DNA of 64,000 nucleotides from Cyanophora paradoxa CCMP329. Taxonomy: Eukaryota > Plantae > Glaucophyta. Made by a program: the position numbers and the translations under genes. Position 1 is the first letter of the stretch. Each line of letters begins with the position of its first letter. The notes under the pieces were generated by a model. It saw nothing but the letters and a program-made list of their open reading frames with translations, was not told where the DNA came from and ran no database searches. Location: NCBI GenBank assembly GCA_004431415.1, contig QPMI01000527.1, positions 62,001 through 126,000 on the forward strand, written 5' to 3'. Below are positions 11,487-23,022 of the stretch, piece after piece.

Positions 11487-14400
11487 ATGACGTCGACCCG
11501 AATCCGAAGCGACCGGAGTTCGACCGCATTTAGCTTCCTGCTCCTGCTCCTGGTCGCGGTCGCTGCAGCCGCCGGTACGCCGCAGCCGCTAACAGATCTA
11601 GAGCGAATTTAGATTTCCTCGCTGATGTTTGCCTTTGAATTCGGCGCGGGCAGTTTGCGTCTGCGATGCAGCGCTTCCAACGCGACTCCTGCCCGGCATC
11701 TCAAGCCTGCCCGTCGGCGAGGGCTGGAACGTGCTGGCCAAGGGCGCGTACAAGTACTGCGCGGGGCGCTCAGAACCCGACGGCGTTGTGGCGCGAGCCG
11801 GTTCGTGCATTGCATGGACCTGCATTAACGTTAAAAAAGTTTATTTCATCTATAGCTATAAAATCAGATCTGTACGTATACATGTTTATGTGCTAACGTC
11901 GACTATCTTCCCGTTCTGACTTCAGGCACTGGAGCGGTCGCTGTCTTCGGATACGTTCGCGGTGAGCGCCACATGTATTTTAATGCAGAGTCATTCGTTG
12001 GTAACGATAAGCTGCGCATGCGTGCCACTCGTGACCAGGGCTCCATTACAGCACTTATGATGGTAGGCTCTTGACTCATATAATCAAAATTACTGCTTGA
12101 TCATGATAATGATTCGTACGCGTATATAAGCCGAATTGACGCACGGTAGGGTACCTGTACGTCGGGAGCGCGGTGGGAATCTGGCGCGTCGACTCGAACT
12201 GCGCTTCAACGCTTCTCGCCGGCGTGATTCCAGCGGCCGTGCAGCGCAGAGAGTTGCTCGCAAATACACCCATCTACAGTATCAACCCAGGCTCCCCCGC
12301 AACTTCAGCCACTACCGTTCAGTTCGGGTGCGAACTTATATTTACAATTGGGTCCGTTCACACGCGAAATGCCAGCAACTGATTCGTTTTCTTCAGCGAT
12401 CCCGGCACCGGGGACGGGCGCGGAGTTGTCGGACTTGCGGCGGTCAGCAGCACGCGCCTGTTCTGGGCGAATGACCCCGGCGGCTTCGAGTCTCCTTCTG
12501 GTGGCCCCCTAGGCTACTCAATAGGCTATACCGACCCCTCGGCGGCTTCGAAGACCGTTGTCATCGTCTGGAGGGAAAAGTGCACCTGCGGCGTTCGGCG
12601 GGGAAGTCGACGTGCACTTTCCGGCCTATCGTACGTCCGACAGCCGATGGGGATGGCATACAATGCAGTTACCGACAAGCTCTACGTCCTGGCCAATCGC
12701 GTAGACTGCACCGCAGCATGCACCGATACCAGAAAACGCGGCCTGCTTCAATTCCCGGAGCTCCAGACAGCATACGCTGGCACAACCGGTGCAGAAATCT
12801 TCTCCATGACCCAGGGTTCGCGACTGCTGTAGTAAAGCCCAAACACATCCTTTTGATGATCGCGATTCTTCAAATATTAATCCACAGGCGGAGCTAGCAC
12901 TTTTGTCGCGGCGCTGTCCAGTGCATCCAGTCGAAACGCTTGGTATGCGGGTTTCGCTTCGTTGGCGCTGGACGTCGGAGCGGATGGCGCGATGACGGCA
13001 TACGCCGGCGTTGCCGGCGGAACCTATTCGACTTCAAACCGACGGAATCAGCGTCGATTGGCCGCGGATGCAGCGTACATGCCCGGTCGCATCGTTCAGG
13101 TCAGAGAATGAACTTTCACCTGATCATGAGCATTGATTTATATATAATACGAAGACTTCCATCTTTGAAATTCAATGATCACGATATGCGTAGATTTCAG
13201 TCAGCGCGTCGGGATCTGTTACGGATGTTCGCAATTTCACGGTGCGTTCACGGAAATGTTCGATGCTTTCTACATTATTGAACCTCATACCGTTCACCCA
13301 TGCAGGTCTTGAGTAAACCTGACGTGCCGAATTTCTTTTGGGACGCCACTTTCTACGGCTTGACAGTTGTCAAGACGACCTACCCGTGCGCACCCGTTAC
13401 CTTTACGTTGGTTGGCGTTTTCCGTCACCACCATTCTTTTGACCATGAACTTGTGCGCAGGTCGAGCACGTGGCGCCTCGTTGCCAAGGTATACTGGGGC
13501 AATTCTGAGTATAACGGAATCTACTCGTTCGACGCGACGGGAACCGCAGTCACCGATGAGAAGATTGTGGAAGTTCTCCAGTGTGTCCCCATATATTTTC
13601 AGAATTGATTTTTGCACGTACGCTGAGCACCTCTGCAATCGTGAAGACCTCAGGCAACAGACCCAGAATATTGGGAGGAGGGCGCGTGCGTGCAGCTTTA
13701 TATCTGCTGTCGAATCCGGTCGCGATTCCTCTTATGATTTGATCATGATGAACGTGCATGCGCATGCGCAGGACACTCCCGAACGTTGATGCCGTGGGCA
13801 TCACCAACGTGGGGACGCGCGACTTCCCGATTTTTTACACTATATGGGATAACCAATTCTTGTTCGTACACCGCCTGAATATGGACATTTCGTTCGAGAT
13901 ACCTACCCCGAGCCCGTCGCCCTCGCCGAGCGCTAGTCCCAGCCCGAGCCCGAGCCCGAGCCCATCGCCAAGCCCGTCTCCAGTACGTTGACTTGTGCAA
14001 TTTTCTGAGGCAGAGCTCAAAGACTCACTCGCTGGAACGCCGTCCGCAAAACCAGTCGGCGGCCCCGACCCCGATCCCGCCGTCTTCTGACGACGGACAG
14101 TCCACGCCCATCCCTTCTCCGACTGCAGCCGCAGACCCTGCCACACCGCCGACCCCGACTCCGGCGGCCGCCGACCCTGTTGCGACTTCGACGCCCTCCC
14201 CGACTCCGGCCGACGCGATGCCGACGCGCACTCCGGATCTGGAGGCCCCGCTAGCGCTCTCGCCCACGCCAACCCCAATTCCGCCAATCGTGCGCCATAC
14301 ATTGATATAGGATTAAGTTTTTCAGTTCGCTTTTCAGTTCGCTGTTAACGTTATCACCTGCAGAGTTTCATTCAGGAGGGTTCCACCTCGTCCCAGGCCT

Positions 14401-15670
14401 CCGTTGGCCAGTTTAAGGTGCGCCAAATTCAACATTCTTTGCAATTGCCTCCGCGTCCGGCTATTTGACCCCTAATAACCCTGCCTGCAGCTGAGCCCAT
14501 CGAACTTCACCAGAACGAAGGTACAGTGCAGACCTGCCGTTGCTCCGCGGCAGAACAAGGCTTCTACGGAAGTGATCATGACCGCTCGCCCCCGCTTTGA
14601 TTTCCTCTGGCAGGACCGGAACGGCAAAGGTGTCGACAAAGTCGAGCTCTCCGAGCCTGTGATCAGGGCTGCGCAGGTGCGGGCGAACCGTGATTCGCTT
14701 CTCCTCATAATTTATCCGCGGGCCGGCACCTCTTCGATCGGTGACTTATATAATTACCTGATACAAATATTAATTGGACGAGCAGCAGGCGTCCGGTTCC
14801 GGTTCCGGCTCCTTCGTCGAGCTGATTGTGTGCGTACTTTTTCGTGCGATTGATCAATTGCGATCAAAAACTATATTCCGTTGTGTATTCGCGGTCTAAT
14901 CGGAAGGTCTCCTTTTTCGTGTACGCTTCGAATTCGCATTCGTGATCGCAGAACTGGGCTTCTCCAGGTAATAGAACTCTAGATCTAAAGTCTTCCATGC
15001 CATTTGCGTCTTATGGAATGCCCGTTCGCTGCAAAGCCCGATCAAAAGGTGCTCATCTTCATCGCGAATGAGGCGGGAGACCAGCGGCCCGCGACGCAAG
15101 TCTCCGTTGTTCAGCGGGGCTCCGAGACGATCCTCCGATTCAGTGCGCCTTCATTGCATTTGCCTATAGCTATTTACTATTCAATGATTGCGAGCAGTTC
15201 CCCCTTCGCTTAATCGCCGCCGCGCGGCGCGCGCCTTCGTTGCAAACAAGGCCGTGCGCGGCATTCGTTGCGATTTGTTGTTTACAATTTCTGCGATCGA
15301 TTTTCGCTTGCAATTGCAGTACGATCTCCTCATCGAGCCTGCCCCCGGCGAACCAGCTTTCGTGCCCCTCCTGCTCGGCGGGGTGAGAGATTCTTTATAT
15401 AGCCAAAAGGCGGCAGCAGGCAGTCTCGACTGATCAACGGCAGGCTTTCGTCTACACCCCGGCCGGCATCTCTGTCGCCTCGGTCCCGTACTGGCCAAGT
15501 GCTGGTTATGCCGTCTCGCTTCCCGAGCACGTGCGCACGTCTTTGATTGCTGCATATGCAAGTTTGGCGCATCTGATTCACGCTTCGCGCAGGCCTGGTT
15601 TAGACTGGCCGTCAGCTTCGCGCTCCCGCTTTTTTTGGCCTGCATGCAGCTGGCGACTCTAGATCTGTGA
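11487..15670 (+). CDS. Multi-exon secreted/cell-surface protein with signal peptide, (Ser-Pro)n and Thr/Pro/Ala-rich stalk, and hydrophobic C-terminus (possible GPI/TM anchor)
   Basis: N-terminus MTSTRIRSDRSSTAFSFLLLLLVAVAAAA; beta-rich middle exons; IPTPSPSPSPSASPSPSPSPSPSPSP; proposed last exon AWFRLAVSFALPLFLACMQLATLDL*. Confidence 0.65.
13905..13983 (+). repeat. (agcccg)n-type hexamer repeat encoding (SP)n
   Basis: Read directly; in frame in ORF 13758..13991. Confidence 0.9.
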
Positions 15671-16123
15671 GCAGCGTGCAATTGCAAGAAGTAAAAGAAG
15701 CCGATATGAGTTCTGCACTTGCAAGCAATCGCAGTTGCAGTCTCAAGTTTTTTGTTGCTAGAGACCCATCAGAGCCTGACTTCTGAAGGCTTGTAATGAG
15801 CATTTCGCATGACTCGCCAATATAACCAGAGTTTCGCATGCATGCGCATCCGATCGCGAGTCGCCGCGGCCGCTAGCGTTGCTGAGTACATCTGGTCGAA
15901 CGGCGCCGAGGTCAATTCAAGGCATGCGGGAGTCTCGAATACCTCGAGCCGGAGACGCGAGCATCCGTCCTGAAGATCGCAAATCGCGAGAGCTAGCTAT
16001 AGGTGAAACGCGAAATTACTTTAGCTTGCAAGCTTCAAATCGAGCTAGCATCAGTCGCCTTTGACGAGCTCGACGCGCTAACGCCGGAATTCAGATATAA
16101 AATGACACTGAATTAGTTTCCAT

Positions 16124-16211
16124 CTTCTTCTCATCGATCTGTGTCATCTGGGCGGGGGGGGGGGGGGGGGGGGGGGACGCACGACCTTCTTCTCATCGAT
16201 CTGTGTCATCT
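16124..16211. repeat. 26-bp perfect direct repeat flanking a 36-bp poly-G insert
   Basis: cttcttctcatcgatctgtgtcatct at 16124-16149 and 16186-16211, with gggc(g)nacgcacgac between them. Confidence 0.9.
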
Positions 16212-17751
16212 CATTCAAGTACTCAGCCCGCGCGTCGCTGTCATGTGCCATGCTGAAATATATCAATTGCATGCCCGGCGCATGCGCAGCGCCTCGTAGC
16301 AGAGATCGCTCCGGATCCGGATCCGCCGCGCCGACCGGGCTGGCGCCGGAAGCAGCAGATCATGATGATTGACATGATCGGGTCGGGGAGGGGGGGGCGC
16401 TCGAGTCTGTCCCGGCCCCCCGCTGCACTGGCGGGGCCGGTGTAGGCGGATACCCCCGCGAAATTCACTCAATTCACGCGAAATTCACTTAATTCACGCC
16501 TTCATTAATATTTCTGCAAGCTGAAGATCAGACTAACACCAGTCGCGGTAACGTTCGCGATCTTGCCGCAGATCTGGAATGACTCTGACAACTCGCGATC
16601 GGCTTTCAAGTTCCATACATATGCCTCGCCAATCGCGAGTCGCTGCAGCCGCGATAGCGCTAGCGCTGAAATTCGAATTCGAATTCTCATATATGATGAC
16701 ACCGAATTTTCGAATTTAGTTTCTATTTCCTCTCTCTGCGACTCTCCGTACTGCAGCTGCGCAATTCTGGTCATGATATATAATTATATCAGAATAGCAA
16801 CTGGTACTTAGAGCGAAACGTGCACGCGGCTCGCCGAACAACGAGTAAACTGATGTCAATCCTAGGCCTCTCTCTCTAGATCTCGGTCCCCATGCCCGGC
16901 GCGCATGCGCAGCGCATGCGCAGCCCCTCGCCGAGTCGCGATCGCAGCTCGCGATCGGTCCCTGTGCCCGGCAAGCATGCGCAGCCCCTCGCAGCCCCAC
17001 GCGTGTGGGGCCCGGCCGCCGGGGTTGTGTTCAACGGTTTTTTCCAAATGCACTGATGACGTTTATTTGAACGTCGACGTCGACGTCACCATGACGTGAT
17101 GTTCATGATCAATTGAACGGCACCAGCTGCAGTGCATTTGCAAAAAAAAGAGCCGGACGTCGGACGATCGCAATACGGAAGGAAGCTTAAGCCAAGAACA
17201 GGCGGCTGAGGCAGGACTGCCGCAGGAGCGGACCCGGGACTCGGGAGAATATGGACCTTCCGGATTCGAACCTGACCAACCCGATCATGATCATGCACGT
17301 GCACGTACGTGTGCACGTGCACGTGCACGCCGCGTCGCGGCGAGGGAACTCGATCGCGATCATATCCGGATGTACATGTACGCTCCGCTCGCGCGTCGGA
17401 CGCGCGGTCGATCGCGACGTCGATCGTGGCAAGTTGAATTGCAATTGTACCCCCCGAGAGCATCCGCGATCCCTTCTGCTCGAGCGACCAACGCTTTTTT
17501 TTTGACGCAAGCATCGATCAAATCGACGCTTCCGATCCACGCGTACGCGCAATGCGCATTCGTAGTCCTACAGGAGAGCGCGCGCGCCGGCGCCAGATCT
17601 CGATCCAGCAGCTGCGCCAGACCTAGATCTAGATCTAGAGCAGCGCTAGCCGCGCGCTGAGCTGCAGCAGAGCTAGCCGGCGCGGGAGCGTGGGAACGTG
17701 GCGCGGGCCGATCTCGTTCCCTCGCACAGCTCTCAGCACGTGCACGTCCAA

Positions 17752-20700
17752 ATGACCGGCGCCGGCCGCGGCTTCGGCAGCGCGCGCCCCGCGCGCCTCG
17801 CGTTTGTGGTGGCGATCTTGGCCGCCGCCGTCCTTGTCGCGTCCGGCCAGCATAATCACGGCGGCGGCGGAGAGCTCGAGGCGGAGGTGAAGTTCGTCGC
17901 GAAGGAGATTGCAAAATTGACCACGCGGCGCTCAACGAGACCGCGGTGGAGCTCACCCTCGACAAGCTGGTCAGCGAGTGCAGCACCACCTGGCGCACGC
18001 TGCTCGGTGAGCACGATGGCCTCTGTGGGCTCGAGCTCTTAAACTGCCACGCTCAGTGATGCTAGATCGGGGCTGCCTGCCTGCGTCCCTCGCGCCGATC
18101 AAATTTTTGGATCTGACTCTAGGTCTGCTCCGGTCGACCCGCAGCTGCGGGCCACGACGATCATGGCCACGACGACCACGCCGGCGAGGAGGGCGAGACG
18201 GGCCACGACGATCATGCAGATGAGAAGACCGGCGGCGCCGCGACGAACGGGCACGGCGCCCACTCCGCTTCGACGAACGGGACCCATTCCCACGAGCACG
18301 ACGAGCACGACGAGCACGGGCATCACGAGGAGGGCGAGGAGACGAACACGACATCGACCGGCGGCGCCGGCCGGAGGAGGAGGGTTCGGCAGGCGATCGC
18401 GACCGTCCCCGCCTCCAAGGCCGGTTCCGGCCGGAGGAGGAGGCTGCAGCAGGCGATCACGCCCGCTGCTCGCGAACCCATCCACGAGCTGCTCGTCGGC
18501 TGCGCCGGGGGTGCGTGATCGTGCTGGCGAAATTTTACTTTCTTTTAATTTGAAGAATGATCTGACTCTGTTCGAATTCCGAGCAGGCCAGCTGATGTGC
18601 GACGTCGGACAGGACGCGTCGGGCCTATCCTACCTGAGCCCGGTCAGCTGCCAGTGCATGCAGGAGGAGGACCAGTGCGCCGCGTCGGTCGCCGGCTCCG
18701 AGAACTACGACCGCCCACTCCATATCGTGCGCCCCGACCCGCCCCGCCCCGCCCAGGCCCGCCCCTGCACCTGCCCGGCCTGCCTGATCTCCGCTCGCTT
18801 CTCGACAGGCCGCCGTTTTCATCCTGGTCCGCCCCGGCTGTAGGGTTTCTTTGGCGCCCCTCCAATAAGCTACAACTGACCGCCCGCCCGCGCCCTCCAG
18901 CTCGCCGTCTCTGTCGCCGGCTCCGGTGCGCCCTGCCCCGCGGCCCTCCCAAGCGAGCGCTAAGGCCGCCCCCCACCCGCCCTGCAACAGGGTACCCCGT
19001 GCTGGCTTACTACAAGCCACGGCTCTCCCTCCCGCCACTCCTCATGCGCGCCCTCGCCGTCTTTGGTGCCGGCGTCATCCTGACCACCGGTCCGCGCCGC
19101 GGCCTCGCACTCGCACCTCGCCGACGCCGACGCGGCTCGCCGCGCAGCGCTCATCCACATGATCCCGCCGGGCTTCGAGCTGCTCAAGTCGCCGTGCATC
19201 AGCGCCACGTGGAGCGAGTACGAGTCCTTCGGCGGCCTCTTCGTCCTCATCGGCGTCCTCTTCATCCACGTGCGCTCCGGCCTCGGCGGCGTCCGCCCGC
19301 TCCGGTTCTGACGAAGTAAATGTACGTTCCACAGGCCGTCGAGCTCGTCGTGGGCCGCTTCATGCCGCACGCGCACCTCGGCAACCACAAGCACGAGTCG
19401 GTGGCGGGGCCCGGCGCCGAGGGCCAGAGCCCCGAGTCGAGCGACCCCGGCTGCACCCACGACCACCACACGCCGCACCCGCAGCTGGGAAAGGCCAGCC
19501 CCGAGATACCTGATCTCGAGAACGCGCGCACGGACGGTGCGAGCACGTCCCCGGCCCACCGGCGCCGATCGCGACCTTAAGATTTTGTGGCGCCGACGGC
19601 AGCTGCAGTGATCACGGCGTCGACGAGTGAGGTGAACAAGGTGCACGTGGCGCATGCGCAGCGGACGGCGCCGGCGGTGGTCGCACCCTCGGACAAGCAC
19701 CTTGTGCCCGTGAAGCAGAGGAGGCTCCTGGGCTTCATCCCGCTCCCCCAGGTCTGTCACGTCCAGCTTCCTTCCCTCTTATATAATTAGCTATCTCGCC
19801 CGAAGCTTAAGCTTCTAATTTCGAGGTGACGTGTTCTTATTCTAAGCGCAGGGCCCCGCCGTCGAGAGCCTGGCGACGACGGAGGAAGAACGCCGCCGCC
19901 GCGTCGGCCTCGTCTCCCTCGAGGTGCCTCGGGACATTCTAATCCATGCTCTAATAATATCGAAATATCATGCTCTAATAATATCGAATCCATGCTCTAA
20001 TCCTCACGTCAAGGATGAATCGAATTTTTTCTATTAACAGCTCTGATAACTTGGAAGAGTCTGTATAAGGAGGATTCAATCTAACTCCTCGGAACCACTT
20101 GCACCCAGGTGGCCATCGCGGCGCACTCGGTGATCATCGGGATCATGCTCGGAATCGCGCGCGAGAACTTCAACACGCTCCTCATCGCCGTGTCTATCCA
20201 CCGTGCGTGCTTTCCTTCCTTCCTCCCCTCCTTCGCAAAGCCGAGAGCTCAGATCTGACTTCGTTCGCGCAGAGTTCTTCGAGGGAATCGCGCTCTCCGC
20301 AGCGGTGCTGGGCGCCGGCATCGTTCGGGGCTGGGCGCTGCCCCTCCTCACGATGATCCCCTACGGCCTCGCCACGCCCCTCGGCGTCGCCATCGGCATC
20401 GGCGTCCACGGCACGTACGACGCCTCGTCGGCGGTGAGCGAATTCTTAAAAGAAACGATGAATGGTTCAGTTTAGTTTGGATTTTTAAGAATTTCTTATA
20501 AGATTCTTATAAGAAATGAAGAAGACGCTTTTAACGCGGCGTCCACCGTCCTTCCGTCAGTCATCGTCCATCCGCATGGGGAACCGTCCCTCTCGTCTCT
20601 TCCTCAACTAATTTAATTTCGACGGCGCCCCGGCGGCTGCACAAATCTAATATACGCGCTCGCGCAGGCGCGCGTGCTGGTGGAGGGCATCATCGAGTGC

Positions 20701-21034
20701 GTCGCCGGCGGCATCCTCATCCACGCCGCCCGTGCGCCCTAAAAAGATCAGATCAAATTTAAAGATCAACGGCCCAGACCCAAGCTTTCAATTCGCCGCA
20801 GTCGTCGAGCTCATCACGCCCGCCTTTGAGAAGGCTCAGAAGGAGCGCGCCCGGACCGGTGCGCGTTGCCCTTTAATGAATCATCATTTGATATGCCCTC
20901 GAGCTCGTTCTCGTCGGCGCCGCCGCTGACCGCGCCCCTTCTTTCCCTCTTTCTTTTTCGCCGCAGTCTTCTTCCTGGTCATCTCCTTGTGGCTCGGCGC
21001 AGCCGTCATGGCAGTCCTTGGGCGCTGGGCATAG
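17752..21034 (+). pseudogene. ZIP (Zrt/Irt-like) zinc transporter copy 1, with His-rich ectodomain; frameshifted in exon 1
   Basis: ZIP motifs after splicing: YDRPLHIAAVFIL, FGAGVILTTALIHMIP, VAIAAHSVIIGIMLG, IHQFFEGIAL, LATPLGVAIG, AGGILIHAALVELI, MAVLGRWA*. It carries an extra 8 bp (caaaattg, 17912-17919) relative to the paralog at 52370-55438; I found no other lesion. Confidence 0.8.
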
Positions 21035-21605
21035 GCCCGCCGGCGCCCCGCGGGCCGCTTTCGACGCTTTCGAAGTTGATTTCGCGTACGCGTCATCCTA
21101 CTCTACTGATATCAATATTCGAATTGAATTCTAGCTTTACGGATATTAATATTACTGATATGTTGTCGAGGTATTAATATTCGGTTTCTGAGTAGCTTTT
21201 GCTATAGATAGCTATGGATCATGGACACAGCGAAGCGCGTTTACACAGCAGTTTCACATCGATATATATATATCCAGCGCAGTGCTTCTGTTTGATCATG
21301 ATTCTTGTCTGAGTAGCGCTAGCCTGTCTACTACTAGGCTAGGGCTGAAGTTAGCATCGGGTTCTTGCCTAAGCAGCCTGGCAGTTTAACCAGATTTAGA
21401 GAGACTAGCTTAGGTAGAGTAACGCTTTTTTGGATCCCCGTCAACTGCATTTGCGATGCCTTGCTGGGCAGAGGGGGGTTGTTGGGGGGGGGGGGGGGGG
21501 GGGTGGAGGGGGGGGGGAAGGGGGCGGAGTGACGGGGGCGGCGAGGTCGTCTCGTTCGGCTCGGAGAGGAGGCGGGATCTGGAGGGCGGGCGTACTACGG
21601 TACGG

Positions 21606-22887
21606 TCAGAGGCGGTAGTACAGGGTGTCCGGGGCCGCCTCGAGGATCACCTGAGCAGGGGGGTACAGGTGAGTCCTGGGCGCGGAATGGGGTACAGGGA
21701 AAGATCGCGCACCGCGAGGCTGGGGTGGGCGGTGGTGAGGACGGCCAGGTCGGGCTGCTGCTGGAGCGCGGCCTTGAGCCGCTGCCGGACCCGCGGCTCC
21801 TCGGCCACGTTCCTAAGTGCCGTGATCGCGTTCTTTTGTACGGCGGGAATGGGGTCCCGAAGCAGGGAGATCAGGCCCTCCAGCGCCGCCTCGCCGGCGG
21901 GCGCCTTGCCCGCCACTTCGACGGCGACGAGGGCCACGGCGCCGGCCGCGAGCCGCCGGAGCTCGCCGTCCGAATCGGTCAGGGCGCGCCCGAGGAGCGG
22001 GAGGAGGCCCTCCTGGATGGCCGCGCGCTTCCCGACGGAGGGCGCGACGGCCTTGTAGAGCGCCTTCATGGCGCGGAGCCGCGTCTCGCCCGTCTCGGGG
22101 GTGCGCGCGCCGGCCACGGACTGCTTGAGGACGCTCGCCAGGTTCTTCATGACGCCGGCCTCCACGCCCTGCTCCACGGCGCTGTCCAGCCGGAGCACGC
22201 TCCCGAGGGCCTGCAGGCACGCCAGCTGCGCCGTGCCGCATGCGTCGGCAAAGGCAGCGAGCGCGCGGGGCGGGGCGCCGCACATGCACGCGGGAGTCCG
22301 GGTCCAGCGTGCCCGCGACCAGCGCCGCCACCACCCTGCGCGCCCGCGTCGGCTGCCGCGCTCGGCCTTGAGAGCTGCGGGGCGGCGCACCCTTCCACCC
22401 CAAGAGAAAGGCACTCGGCGCCGTCCGAGCTCAGCGCCACGTGCTCCAGCGCCCGCGCCGCGTTCGCCCGCACGTCGGCCTCGTCGTCCCCAGTCATGAG
22501 GCTACAGAGCGTCGCCAAGCCGGCCGCAAGCTGCATCGCCTCCCATCCCTGCTTGATGGACACGAGCTTCGCCGAGACGCCCGACGCGTACTTCCTGATC
22601 TGGCCCTGCTCGTGCGACAGGAGCAGCACCAAGTCCTCTACGAGCTGAGGCTGGCTTATAGCTAACGCTTTGGACTCCTGCGAGTTGACAAGGCCCTCCA
22701 GCACTCGCAGCGCTTCTATGCACTGCCGCTCGCGCACGGGCGGCCTGATGTGCTTTGCGAGGTTTGCGATGCCGGCCTGCGGGCCGAAGCCGAGAGAGAC
22801 CTCCGGCTCCGCTGGCGGCGGTGTTTCCTTGTATGGGTGCCGCTCTTTCAAGAAGTTGCTGACCACCTGATTCCTGTAGACGTGCAT
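21606..22887 (-). CDS. RSPH14: Armadillo-repeat radial spoke protein (Chlamydomonas RSP8 / RSPH14-like)
   Basis: MHVYRNQVVSNFL...VSLGFGPQAGIANL...ALRVLEGLVNSQESK...GKRAAIQEGLLPLLGRALTDSDGELRRLAAGAVALVAVEVAGK...QKNAITALRNVAEEPRVR resembles RSP8/RSPH14 as I recall them. The last exon is VILEAAPDTLYYRL*. Confidence 0.8.
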
Positions 22888-23022
22888 CGCTTGGGCGCTG
22901 CAGCTGGATGCTCCAAAGTGCTGCGTCCCTTTTTGCCACGAGTGTCGTGTACCCCTCGAACGCCAGCCTGCTCTGGCCTCTTTGACGCACGAGAAGCCTG
23001 GACGGTTAGGAAGGACACAGAG
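22888..23022. promoter_or_regulatory. Compact bidirectional promoter region
   Basis: Only 135 bp separate the inferred divergent ATGs (22887 minus, 23023 plus). Confidence 0.5.

Noticed and set aside
17290-17335. Metal-response elements (TGCAC) upstream of ZIP copy 1
   Set aside because: Part of generic palindromic tracts found elsewhere and not conserved upstream of the intact copy.
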